From: an uncultured delta proteobacterium
Lineage (GTDB): Bacteria > Myxococcota > Kuafuiibacteriia > Kuafuiibacteriales > Kuafuiibacteriaceae
DNA length: 64,000 nucleotides
Direction of reading: 5' to 3'
NCBI GenBank assembly: GCA_963803435.1
Contig: CAWDML010000001.1
Coordinates: 3,200,001 to 3,264,000 of the forward strand
Within the stretch, counting starts at the first letter, position 1, and each line of letters begins with the position of its first letter. A model generated the notes under the pieces. It searched no databases. It saw only the letters and a program-made list of their open reading frames with translations, and was not told the DNA's origin. The position numbers and the translations under genes were made by a program. Positions 48,959 to 58,549 of the stretch are shown in pieces.

Positions 48959-50464
48959 TCAGCGGTCTGCCGTGGAGACATCGCGCTCGAGCGCGTCGAG
49001 GTCGCGGAGCAGGAGACGTCGAGCCTCCGGCGTGTCCACGGCCCCCAAGCGCTCACGAAGATCGAAGTAGCGCGCCTCGAGCGACGCCAGCTCGTCGAGC
49101 GGGATCGCGGGTCCGGAGCGCTTGAGCCGATCGAGGATCGCCCGCAGGCGGGCCGGCGGGTCCTCGGGCGGGCGCGGCGGCTCGCGCGCCTCCGGGCTGG
49201 GGAGCCGCCGACGGGGCCGTCCAACGGCCCGACGGGGACCGGCCTGGCGCTCGTTTGGGGAGAAGGCCCTGGCTGGAGGCGGAGGTGCCCGCGGGATCAC
49301 CGAAGGGACGACAGCGGGAGGCGCGGGCGCACGCCGCGACACCGTGAGCGGGTCCCCCGGATCGATCGGATCGGAGGAGCTCACCACGACGAGGGTCGCC
49401 ACGGCGGACATCACGGTGATCGCGAGCCCGAGCGACAGCATCGTCCACCCGCTGATAGGCCATTCGGGCGGATCATTGGTGCGGGTCGGCGGGGGCTCGA
49501 GCGAGACGGTCGTGAACTGCCGGAAGCCGAGATCGTCCTCACCGCTGACCTCGAGGGTAAAGAGGTTCGCCGTATCCGAGACGTCCGGCTCCGGCTCCAG
49601 GTCGGCCAGCCAGTCGCGCAGCATCCTGTGCCCTTCCCGCTCCGACTCCTTCGTGAGGGTGCGCCAGCATGCCTCCACCATCGCGCCCGCGTTCGGGTAG
49701 CGGTCCTCCTTCCGCGACCGGGTCGCCCGCTCGATCAGCTGAGCGATCGCCTCGGGCACTCCAGGATCGATGACCACCGAGCCGCCCGCGATCACCCGCT
49801 TGCGCGCCGCCTCGTCCTCCAGCGGGCTCCGGCCGGCGACCAACCGATGAAGCACGCAACCGAGTGAGAAGAGATCGGTGCGGCCGTCGAGCGCCGCACC
49901 TCGGGCCTGCTCCGGCGCCATGTAGGCCAGCGTCCCCTTCACCACGCCGAGCGCAGTCGTCTCGAGTCGGTCGTGCGCGCGTGCGATTCCGAAGTCGCTC
50001 AGCTTCACGTCGCCCGTCGAGGACACCAGGATGTTTCCAGGCGTAACGTCGCGGTGGACGATGCCCAGCGGCTCGCCGCTCTCGTCGAGCGCGGAGTGCG
50101 CATATTCGAGCGCACGAGCAATCTCGATGACGATGTGGATCGCGACGGGCAGCGGGAGGGGCCCTCGCGCGAGGAGCGACCCAAGATCGGTGCCCCTGAC
50201 CCGCTCGAGCACCTGAAAGGGCACGCCGTCGGCCACACCGAAGTCGAGGATGGAGACGATGTTCGGGTGGCTCAGTCGGCTCGAGATGCGCGCCTCGTCC
50301 AGAAAAGAGCGCCGGAGCGGCCCGTCTCGTGTGAGCGGCTGGAGGAGCCGCTTGATCGCCACCTCGCGCGAGAATCCGTTGTCTCCGACGGCTATCGCCT
50401 CGAACACCTCGGCGATCCCTCCGCGCTGGAGAAGTCGCTGGACCTGATATCTCCCGAGCAGCAT
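48959..50464 (-). CDS. Membrane Ser/Thr protein kinase
   Basis: VAIKR, HPNIV, HRDVTPGNIL, DFG, YMAPE, DLFSLG; TM near residue 345. Confidence 0.93.
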   Translation of the reverse strand: MLLGRYQVQRLLQRGGIAEVFEAIAVGDNGFSREVAIKRLLQPLTRDGPLRRSFLDEARISSRLSHPNIVSILDFGVADGVPFQVLERVRGTDLGSLLARGPLPLPVAIHIVIEIARALEYAHSALDESGEPLGIVHRDVTPGNILVSSTGDVKLSDFGIARAHDRLETTALGVVKGTLAYMAPEQARGAALDGRTDLFSLGCVLHRLVAGRSPLEDEAARKRVIAGGSVVIDPGVPEAIAQLIERATRSRKEDRYPNAGAMVEACWRTLTKESEREGHRMLRDWLADLEPEPDVSDTANLFTLEVSGEDDLGFRQFTTVSLEPPPTRTNDPPEWPISGWTMLSLGLAITVMSAVATLVVVSSSDPIDPGDPLTVSRRAPAPPAVVPSVIPRAPPPPARAFSPNERQAGPRRAVGRPRRRLPSPEAREPPRPPEDPPARLRAILDRLKRSGPAIPLDELASLEARYFDLRERLGAVDTPEARRLLLRDLDALERDVSTADR

Positions 50465-50470
50465 CGGCCG

Positions 50471-51790
50471 TCACCGAAAGCCGTGGCGGCGCAGCATTCG
50501 ATTGAAGTACGAGCGGTGGATCTCGGACACCCGCGCCGCCTCCGATACGTTGTCCCGGCAACGCTCGAGCAGAGCCTCGAGGTAGGTCCGCTCGAACTCG
50601 TCGAGCAAGAGGGCGCGCGCCCGCTTGAAGCTCATCTTCACCAGGTCCTCCGCAGGGACCGACGGAAACCCGCGACCGCCGGCGGGCTCGCTGCCCGGGT
50701 CGAGACGGGGTACCACGCCCATCGCGAGCGCCGCCTCCACGAAGTTGCGGAGCTCGCGGACGTTGCCCGGCCAGCGATGTTGGGCCAGCCCTTCCCTCGC
50801 GCTGGGCGGGAAAAGCTCGTCGATGCCGCCCGAGCCGCCCGCCTCCCGCAGGAAGTGCTCGATCAACAACGGGATGTCCTCCGCGCGCTCGCGCAGCGGC
50901 GGGATGCGCAGGAGGACCACCGCGATCCGGTAGTACAGGTCCTGTCGGAACGTGCCTTGGTTGACCTCTGCCCGGAGATCACGATTCGTGGCGCAGACTA
51001 CGCGCACGTCGACGTCGATCGGATGCGTGCCTCCGAGCCGCCGAAAGCTGCGGCGCTCGAGCGCCCCCAGCAGCGTCGCCTGGAGCGGAGCCGGCAGCTC
51101 GCCGATCTCGTCGAGGAACAGCGTCCCTCCCTGGGCGCGCTCGAAGGCGCCGGCATGCTGCTGCTCGGCACCGGTGAAGGCGCCGCGCTCGTGCCCGAAG
51201 AGCTCGGAGGCGATCAGCGTGGGGGCGAGCGCCCCGCAATCGACCGTCTCGAACGGCTTCGCTGCGCGCGGGCTGGACTCGTGGATGGCGCGCGCCACCA
51301 CCTCCTTGCCCGATCCAGTCTCGCCGAGGAGCAGGATCGACGCGTCCGATCGGGCGGCACGCTTCACCTGGGCCATGAGCGCGAGCATCACCGGCGAGCG
51401 CCCGCGAAGATCCGCCAGCTGATCCTGGTCGTGAACCTCGAGCTCCAGGATCGCAGAGTCTTCGACCCGGATCGAGGTGCGGCCGAGGCTCAGTGCGGTA
51501 CCGGGCGCGACCGTCGCGGAGCTGATCGCGACCGAGCCTGAGATGGTCCCATTGGTCGAGCCGTGATCCACGACCGAGATTCGATCGCCGCGATGACTGA
51601 GCTCGAGGTGGTAGCGGGAGACGGTCTCGTCGGTGAGGACCAGATCGTTGCCATCGGCTGTGCCGACGCTGATCGTACCGGAGGTCGCGAGGCAGACGCG
51701 TCCGGTGTCTGGACCGCGCGTGACCTCGACACGGATGCCTTGAACGGGAAAGCTGCGTGAGCCGTGAGGGACGGTCGTCGGCTCGACCAC
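50471..51790 (-). CDS. FHA-domain sigma-54-dependent Fis-family activator
   Basis: FHA VSRYH...GSTNGT, GETGSGKE, ELFGHERGAFTGA, LFLDEIGE, ATNRDL, WPGNVRELRN, Fis HTH. Confidence 0.95.
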   Translation of the reverse strand: MVEPTTVPHGSRSFPVQGIRVEVTRGPDTGRVCLATSGTISVGTADGNDLVLTDETVSRYHLELSHRGDRISVVDHGSTNGTISGSVAISSATVAPGTALSLGRTSIRVEDSAILELEVHDQDQLADLRGRSPVMLALMAQVKRAARSDASILLLGETGSGKEVVARAIHESSPRAAKPFETVDCGALAPTLIASELFGHERGAFTGAEQQHAGAFERAQGGTLFLDEIGELPAPLQATLLGALERRSFRRLGGTHPIDVDVRVVCATNRDLRAEVNQGTFRQDLYYRIAVVLLRIPPLRERAEDIPLLIEHFLREAGGSGGIDELFPPSAREGLAQHRWPGNVRELRNFVEAALAMGVVPRLDPGSEPAGGRGFPSVPAEDLVKMSFKRARALLLDEFERTYLEALLERCRDNVSEAARVSEIHRSYFNRMLRRHGFR

Positions 51791-51802
51791 CGACGAAGAC
51801 TA

Positions 51803-53166
51803 TCAAAACGCGTGCAGAACTGTAAGCGGGACGATGTTGGAACCGCCCTGGGCCGGCTCACCAACGGCGAGCAGCGCGCCCGCGAGCGGCAGCAAGCGGA
51901 TCACCGATCCACCCGCGACGAACTGGCTCGGACAGGCCACCCCGTCGACGAACGAGGTGACCGCGCCCGCGTCGCCTCCAGGACGAATGCACCTCGAAAC
52001 GACGCGACCGAGTAGACGTCGAATCCGGGGAGCACAACCAGCTCGTCCTGCCAGGCGTCGGCGGCGGGATCGAACCTCAGGACCTGGCCTTCGATGCCGA
52101 CCGCAATGCCGAAGCCAGCGACGTTCTCGAGGCAGCGCGCATGAAGCGAGGACGGATCCGTGTGCGGAATCGCGAGCTCGATCGTCCGCCCCTCCCTATG
52201 ATGCACCATCTTCACCGCCTTGAAGCGCATCGCCACGGCCTCGCCCGGACCGAGCCGCTGCAGCCGATAACCGTATTTGTCAGTGCAGAGCTCAGTGCGG
52301 CACATGTCGTGGAGGCCTGCCCAAGCGCTGCCGTCGAACCGGATCAATGTGCCCGGCCTGACCACAGCGAAGGCCTCGACCTCCCCACCTGCGAGCTCGC
52401 CCACGGCGAGGACATCAATCCCACCCATCGTGCTGGTCGCGACGAGCTCGAGGCTCAGCGCGCCTCGCAGCACGCCGCGCCACAGCGATCCTTGCCGGTC
52501 GCCGAACCAGAGGCGGCCGCTCTGATCCACGGCACCGGCGGAGATCGCGACGCCCGCCGGCTGGACGGCGACACGCTGGGCGCCATCGAGCGTCACCTCG
52601 AACAGCTCGGCACTCGGGGTGCCGACGAGCGCCACTGTCGCGCTCAACGCCAACGCGAAGCCCTCGAAACCGGACTCCTCGCCCTGCTCCAGCAGATCGA
52701 TCGGATCCGCCGTGAGCTGGAAGCAAGAGGTGGGGGGAGGCGGTTCGGTGCCTGCGATCCGAAAGGAGGCGAGCGCGTCGTCCGGCTCGCCGGGCGCCGC
52801 GCCGCCCACCACGCCGCGCTCCACGTGGGAGACGAAGTGGAAGAGGGGTGTCGGCAGCGCCCGGCGCGGGTCGCTCTCCACCGGCCTCAGCTGGCCGGGC
52901 GAGATCTCCATCTCCTCGAGCGGAACGGAGTAGGCCAGCATGTCGATCCGGGCGTCGGCCCGGGGCGGGAGCGCGCGCGCGACCGTCAGCGGAGCTCCGG
53001 CGCGGAGGTCCTCCGCATAGACATACAGCGCCCCCGACTGCTCGACGGACACGATCATCGACTCGACACCCGCGAGATCGGGGAGCTCGATCGAGAGCGT
53101 CTGCTCCAAGCCGCATCCCGAGATCATGGTCGCGATCACGACCATGACGAGGCGGACCCCCGGCAT
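51803..53166 (-). CDS. Hypothetical beta-propeller lipoprotein; probable frameshift near 51980
   Basis: Lipobox ISGC, GRLWFG, RFDGSAW. The shifted frame continues GGDAGAVTSF...VLHAF to TGA at 51803. Confidence 0.6.
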
Positions 53167-53229
53167 CGCGCCCGACGCTAACACGCTGCCTCAGGATTGG
53201 GACACGTTCCGCGATCCTCGACCCAGAGC

Positions 53230-54348
53230 TCAGCGCGCCTCGAGGTCCTTCGGACGCCCGTGACGCGGATCGGAGAGGAAATCGTCGTCGGTGAGCGCCT
53301 TCAGGAACGCGACCAGATCGGACCGCTCCGACTCCGAGATCTCGAAGCCGTGGATGAACGGGCTCCGGTACGGGGACTCGGCGCCGTCCCCGGCGAACGG
53401 TCCGTCCTCGACCCGCCGGCCGCCCCGCGCGTACAGGTCGATCACCTCCTCGAGCGTGTCGACGCTCCCGTCGTGCATGTAGGGGGCGGTGACGGCGACG
53501 TTGCGCAGCGTCGGGACGCGGAAGCGACCCATGTCCTCCGGGCGCATCGTGTGCTCGTAGAGGCCGGTGTTCGAGCTCGGATAGGCGCCCGTGCCGCCGA
53601 CGTTGTAGAGGCCCGTGTTGCGGAACTCCTCCTCGGCCACGTTCGGATCCGCAGCGTCGGTGAAGTTGAGCCCGGTGTGGCAGTCGTGGCACTGGAGCGC
53701 CTCGTCGAAGAAGAGGGTCAGGCCCCGAAGCTGCGCCTCGGAGAGCGCCGGCTCGCCCCTCGAGAATCGATCCCACGGCGAGTTGCTGGAGATCAGAGTG
53801 CGCTCGAAGGTCGCGATCGCCTGGACCACCGTCGCGACCGTGACGCGATCCGACGCTGGCACCTCAGGGAACGCCTCCGCGAAGAGGTCCCGGTACAGAT
53901 CGTCACTGCGGAAGCGATCGAGGATCTGCTCCGTGTCGATCGATGTGCCGAGCTCGACCGGATGCTCGTTGAACATCGGGCCGCGCGCCTGCGCCTCGAG
54001 CGTGGTGACGTCCGGATCGGCCCAGGTGTAGCTCGAGTAATAGGCAAGGTTCGACAGGCTCATCGCGTTGCGGGGGACCTGGTCGCCGCTCGCGCCGGTC
54101 GGGAGCGACTTCCCGTCGCTGAACGCGCGAGCCGGATCGTGGCAGGTGGCGCACGCGGTGGTGCCGTTGAAGGAGAGGCGCTCGTCGAAGAAGAGATGCC
54201 GGCCGAGCTCCACCTTCTCGGTCGTGATCGGATTGTCGCTCGGCACCTCCGGCTCCGGGAACCCCGCCGGCAGGTTCCACTCGAAGCTCGACTTCCCGCA
54301 GCCGGCGAGCGTGCCAATCGCGATCCAGCATGGGACGGCGCGGAGCAC
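53230..54348 (-). CDS. MbnH-like di-heme enzyme (bCcP/MauG superfamily)
   Basis: W.LP.GFP.P.VP.DNP.T.EKVELGRHLFFD.RLS, CATCH, CHDCH, FRVPTLRNVAVTAPYMHDGS; lipobox LAGC. Confidence 0.85.
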   Translation of the reverse strand: MLRAVPCWIAIGTLAGCGKSSFEWNLPAGFPEPEVPSDNPITTEKVELGRHLFFDERLSFNGTTACATCHDPARAFSDGKSLPTGASGDQVPRNAMSLSNLAYYSSYTWADPDVTTLEAQARGPMFNEHPVELGTSIDTEQILDRFRSDDLYRDLFAEAFPEVPASDRVTVATVVQAIATFERTLISSNSPWDRFSRGEPALSEAQLRGLTLFFDEALQCHDCHTGLNFTDAADPNVAEEEFRNTGLYNVGGTGAYPSSNTGLYEHTMRPEDMGRFRVPTLRNVAVTAPYMHDGSVDTLEEVIDLYARGGRRVEDGPFAGDGAESPYRSPFIHGFEISESERSDLVAFLKALTDDDFLSDPRHGRPKDLEAR

Positions 54349-54640
54349 AGCGCGCCCATCATCGCGCACCCCGGCGGCCCGCGTCGACCTCCGGTGCGCG
54401 CTGGAGGTCACAGCCGCCTGGCCTGACTGTTGCTGCCGTCGGGCCGATGTTCGCGCCCGCATGGCCGCCCACCGCGCCGATCACCGTTGGGTCGTCGACC
54501 GCACGCTCGAGCTCGAGCGTCGCCTGCTCGAGCAGCGCGCCTTGGTCGCCCGCCCGCTCGAGCCCTGAGCGACGGGAGGCGCACCGCACCTCGCGTCGTT
54601 GCTCTGCGAGCCATATCGAGATAAGAGCGGCTCGCGCTCG

Positions 54641-55381
54641 ATGCCCGGTGCTCGCTCAACCGCCGTCCTGCTGTTCGCGAGCGCCCGCTACGAGCGCAAC
54701 AAGCGGCTCGGGCTGGATCCATCGTCGGCACGCTCGGTCGCGGACGGTCTCTTCCTCCAGGCGATCGACGTCCTGAGCACGCTGCCGCGAGACGTCCCGG
54801 TGGTGATCGCCAGCGAGGAGACGCCACCGGCGCGGGCGCTGCGGATGCTCGGCGCCCGCGCGGTCGCCGTCGTCACGCAGGAGGGCAACGGCTTCGAGGC
54901 GCGCTTCCTCGGCGCCGTGGACCGAGCGCTCGCCCTCGGATTCGAGCGGATCGTGGCGATCGGCTCCGACACGCCGGGACTCGAGGCGTCCGATCTGACG
55001 GCGGCGATCGACAGCCCCCTCGATCGGATGGTGGTCGGTCCCGCCGCCGACGGCGGCGCGTATCTGATCGCGCTCGATCGATCGGCGAGGTCGATCCTCG
55101 ACGGCCTGCCCTGGTGCACCCCGAGCCTCACCCGCACGCTCATCGCCCGCGCCGGGCGCGCAGGGCATGCGGTTCGCACCTTGGCCGTCCGCAGCGACAT
55201 CGACCGCCGCACCGATGTTCGGCGGCTTAGGCCCACGCTGGAGGCGATCGTCCGTCGCTTCTTCGGGGCGCCCGCTGCGCCGGCCCGTCCCTCCCCCGCG
55301 GTCGACGCCCGCACGACTGCGCAGCCGCCGCCGCCCGGCCTCCCGCTGGGCCGCGCCTCTCCACGGCCTCCTCCGCTCTAG
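54641..55381 (+). CDS. DUF2064 / TIGR04282 (CofC-like) transferase with Pro-rich C-terminal tail
   Basis: Q.G..F..R, IGSDTP.L, VGPAADGGAYLI, LPW, DID...D; tail ...LGRASPRPPPL. Confidence 0.8.
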   Translation: MPGARSTAVLLFASARYERNKRLGLDPSSARSVADGLFLQAIDVLSTLPRDVPVVIASEETPPARALRMLGARAVAVVTQEGNGFEARFLGAVDRALALGFERIVAIGSDTPGLEASDLTAAIDSPLDRMVVGPAADGGAYLIALDRSARSILDGLPWCTPSLTRTLIARAGRAGHAVRTLAVRSDIDRRTDVRRLRPTLEAIVRRFFGAPAAPARPSPAVDARTTAQPPPPGLPLGRASPRPPPL

Positions 55382-55426
55382 TCGATCTTTCGAGAGACCG
55401 ATCTTCGGATCGAGGAGGATGTCCTC
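55367..55426 (+). promoter_or_regulatory. Candidate SD-sequestering RNA structure
   Basis: CCTCCTC (55367-55373) is complementary to GAGGAGG (55412-55418). CGATC-TTCG-GATCG hairpin at 55399-55412. GAGGA can also pair with TCCTC (55422-55426). Confidence 0.5.
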
Positions 55427-55428
55427 AC

Positions 55429-56673
55429 ATGGCACCCGCGCTCCTTTTCGGCGCGGCGGCGATTTGCTCGCTGTCGATCTCAGCCACCACGCCCGATCTC
55501 GAGACCACGACGGGCACCGTCGCTCCCTCCGGGGACGACGGCACGCTCACGCGGCTCTACGACGAGTTCCGCCAGCTGAAGTCCCGACTGCCGTTCGGAT
55601 TCGGCGCCGGCGTCTATCTGTTCTACTACCAGCCCGTCGACCGAGGGAGCACGCTCGCCGGCGGCAGCCTGGACGGCACCTTCCAGGTCTACGCGGCCTA
55701 CCTGAAGCTCGACAGCGAGATCGAAGGCTTCGGCGGGCACGCCGAGATCCGGATCCGCGACGGCGGCCACGTGGTGCCCGGCGCCAACAACGCCTATCTG
55801 CGCGGGTTCTTCACCTCGAACCTCTGGTTCCAGGAGATCTACGCGTACTTCACGCCCGGCCCCTATCTGAAGGCGAAGATCGGCAAGATCTATCGAGACG
55901 AGGGCATCTTCTGGGACGATTCGTTCTTCGGAAACATCCAGTACTTCGACGGGCTGAAGCTCAACCCCGACTACGGCGTGGCGGCGGAGGGCCAGGACGA
56001 GGTGACCAGCCTCTTCGCCATCGCCTACGACGCCCAGTTCTTTCTCCAGTCCGACGGCATCAACGGCGGGCTCGACTACGCGCGCACGCTCGGCGACGCG
56101 CCGCCCATGAACGACTCGGCGGCGGCGCGCGCGTACAGCCCCAACCCGGAGGGGCAGCTCGACTCGGCGGGGAATCGGGCGGCGGCGTTCCGCAACGCGG
56201 TGGTGCTCCGCGTCGCCGGCGACCTGCATCCGAGCGAGAGCTTCGGCGTCACGCTCGGCGTGTCGGGCTCCACCGCGGAGATCCATCGTGCCTCCGCCAT
56301 CGACCTCATCGACGACCGCGCCCGCGTCGACCACGCCGCGGTCGACCTCACCGCGCGGCTCGGTCCGATCCTCGCGTACGGCGAGTACCTCCGGCAGTGG
56401 GGAGCGGCCACGCGCGCCGCCGATTACGTCCTCGCCGGCGCCCGTGCCGCCCTCGGCCCCGTGCAGCTGCGCTTCAACGCGAGCTGGGTGCACTACCACC
56501 TCAACCCAGGGATCAGCGAGCTGATCCTCCAGCCCGGCGTCACCTATGCCGTCGGTGGCGGGCTGTCGTTGCTCCTCGAGTACGACGAGTGGCAGCGGAA
56601 GGATCCGAGGACCGATCCCTCGTACCAGCCGTACGATCGCTCGCTGAGCTTCGTCGCCCTCTATTCCTACTGA
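55429..56673 (+). CDS. Outer-membrane beta-barrel (porin-like) protein
   Basis: Signal peptide, alternating aromatic strands (QEIYAY, KAKIGKI, YGEY, LLLEY), terminal aromatic residue (FVALYSY). Confidence 0.68.
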   Translation: MAPALLFGAAAICSLSISATTPDLETTTGTVAPSGDDGTLTRLYDEFRQLKSRLPFGFGAGVYLFYYQPVDRGSTLAGGSLDGTFQVYAAYLKLDSEIEGFGGHAEIRIRDGGHVVPGANNAYLRGFFTSNLWFQEIYAYFTPGPYLKAKIGKIYRDEGIFWDDSFFGNIQYFDGLKLNPDYGVAAEGQDEVTSLFAIAYDAQFFLQSDGINGGLDYARTLGDAPPMNDSAAARAYSPNPEGQLDSAGNRAAAFRNAVVLRVAGDLHPSESFGVTLGVSGSTAEIHRASAIDLIDDRARVDHAAVDLTARLGPILAYGEYLRQWGAATRAADYVLAGARAALGPVQLRFNASWVHYHLNPGISELILQPGVTYAVGGGLSLLLEYDEWQRKDPRTDPSYQPYDRSLSFVALYSY

Positions 56674-56691
56674 GATCGAAGGAGTCACACC

Positions 56692-57687
56692 ATGATGCTG
56701 CTGCTCGGAGCTACGCTCTTCTCGCTGATCGGCGCCGACAAGGTTGTCGTCCAGTACGACTGCATTCCCAACTACGCCAACTGGGGCGGCGTGACGGCCC
56801 TCTACGCGAAGACGCACGGCGTGACCGTGCCTCCCGATCCCAAGGGCTCGTCGGTCGCGATGGCGGCGCTCGACGCGGAGAAGGCGCACCCGATCGCCGA
56901 CTGCGCGTACTACAGCGGCGCGATCGGCTTCTTGGCCGCGGAGAAGGGGCTGCATCAGCCCTACCAGCCGAAGGGGTGGGACCGGATCCCCGCCGACCTG
57001 AAGGATCCGAAGGGCCTCTGGTGGACCATCCACACCAGCGCCATCGCGCTGATCGTGAACACCAAGGCGCTGGGAAAGGCACCGGTGCCGAAGAGCTGGG
57101 CGGACCTGTTGAAGCCGGAGTACAAGGGGCTGATCGCGTACGACGATCCGACCTGGGGCGGCACGGCGTTCACCTTCGTGTATGGGATCAATGCACTGAT
57201 GGGCGGGACCGCGACCAACTTCGAACCCGGGCTCGCCTACCTGAGGAAGCTCGACGCCAACGTGTCCTCCTATCCGCGCGAGTCGATCTACAACGCGGTG
57301 CTCCGCGGAGAGGTTCCGATCTGGATCAACGCGGACGGCAACGGATACAAGATGAAGTACACCGACAAGGGGCCGATCCAGGTCGTCATCCCGACCGAAG
57401 GCACGTTCACCATGCCTCTGGTCATGGGGCTGGCGAAGGGCGCGCCGCACCTCGACGAGACGAAGAAGTACTTCGACTGGCTCCTCACCAAGGACGCGCA
57501 GGAGGAGTTCGCGCGCGCCTACTTCCGCCCGATCATCCCGGAGGCGCTTCCGGCGAGCCTGGCGGCTCAGTTCCTCCCCGCGGCGGACTACGCGCGGGCG
57601 AAGAACCTGGACCTGGCCGCCATGGCGAAGGCTGCGGACGCGCTGAAGAAGGCGTGGGTCGATGGGGTCCGTGGCTCGGGCCGGTAA
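56692..57687 (+). CDS. ABC transporter substrate-binding protein (Fe3+/thiamine/2-AEP/polyamine class)
   Basis: AEK.HP.AD, KDPKG.W, PKSWADLLKPEYKG.I.Y.DP, GEVPI, P.EGT. Confidence 0.9.
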   Translation: MMLLLGATLFSLIGADKVVVQYDCIPNYANWGGVTALYAKTHGVTVPPDPKGSSVAMAALDAEKAHPIADCAYYSGAIGFLAAEKGLHQPYQPKGWDRIPADLKDPKGLWWTIHTSAIALIVNTKALGKAPVPKSWADLLKPEYKGLIAYDDPTWGGTAFTFVYGINALMGGTATNFEPGLAYLRKLDANVSSYPRESIYNAVLRGEVPIWINADGNGYKMKYTDKGPIQVVIPTEGTFTMPLVMGLAKGAPHLDETKKYFDWLLTKDAQEEFARAYFRPIIPEALPASLAAQFLPAADYARAKNLDLAAMAKAADALKKAWVDGVRGSGR

Positions 57688-58549
57688 CCTCGACGTAGGC
57701 CCCGTCGGGGCCTACCGGTCACGCACCGCGAGCGCGCCGCTCGCTGGTAACCAGCGGATCCCGACCTGGCTGCTGGTGCTGCCGCTGGTCGCCTTCCTCC
57801 TGCTCGGCGTCGCGTGGCCCGCCGCGCACCTGATCCGCGGCCTCGGATCCAGGGCGGGCGTGGCGGCGTTCGCACGCGTCCTCGGCGCCGGAAGGTATCG
57901 GATCGCGCTGGTGAACTCGATCGCGCTCTCGAGCGCGGCCTCCCTGGCCGCCGTCCTGCTCGCGATCGTGCCGGCGTGGACTCTCGCCCGGATCGACTTC
58001 CGGGGGCGCTCGATCCTGCGGACGTTCGTGCTCCTCCCGATGACCTTCTCCGGTGTCCTGGTCGGCTTCCTGATGATCGCGATGCTCGGACGCGTGGGAT
58101 TCGTCCCTCGTACGCTCGAGCTGCTGTTCGGCGCGCCGCTCTTGTCCGCGTGGGCCTACGATCTGCGCGGTCTGTTCCTCGCGTATCTCTACTTCGAGGT
58201 GCCCCGGGCCGTCCTCACCCTCGAGCCGGCGTGCCGCGCCTTCCCGGGCGAGCTCTCCGAGGCGGCGCGGACGCTGGGCGCCGGCCGCATCGCGCGCCTC
58301 GTCCTGGTGGTCGTGCCCACGCTCTTGCCCGCGCTTCGCTCGGCGCTCGCGGTCACGTTCGCCGCCTCGATGGGATCGTTCGGCGTCGCGCTGATGCTGT
58401 CCCGTCGCTTCACCGTGGCGCCGCTCGAGATCTACACCGAGATCACCGGGTTCAACGACATGGCGGTCGCCGGCGCGCTCGCCGTCGTCCTCGCCGCGGC
58501 GGCCCTCGCCGGGTCGCGCGTGCTCGCCGACCGAGGTCTCGATGAGTGA
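57662..58549 (+). CDS. ABC transporter permease
   Basis: TM helices and EAARTLGA motif. Start uncertain. Confidence 0.88.
   Translation: MGSVARAGNLDVGPVGAYRSRTASAPLAGNQRIPTWLLVLPLVAFLLLGVAWPAAHLIRGLGSRAGVAAFARVLGAGRYRIALVNSIALSSAASLAAVLLAIVPAWTLARIDFRGRSILRTFVLLPMTFSGVLVGFLMIAMLGRVGFVPRTLELLFGAPLLSAWAYDLRGLFLAYLYFEVPRAVLTLEPACRAFPGELSEAARTLGAGRIARLVLVVVPTLLPALRSALAVTFAASMGSFGVALMLSRRFTVAPLEIYTEITGFNDMAVAGALAVVLAAAALAGSRVLADRGLDE
57695..57715 (+). other. Perfect 9-bp hairpin after the binding-protein gene (possible mRNA stabiliser or REP-like element)
   Basis: GTAGGCCCC-GTC-GGGGCCTAC with no U-tract. Confidence 0.5.

Noticed and set aside
54461-54568. 35-aa ORF MAAHRADHRW...PLEP upstream of DUF2064
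   Set aside because: No clear RBS or motif, so I cannot distinguish it from chance.
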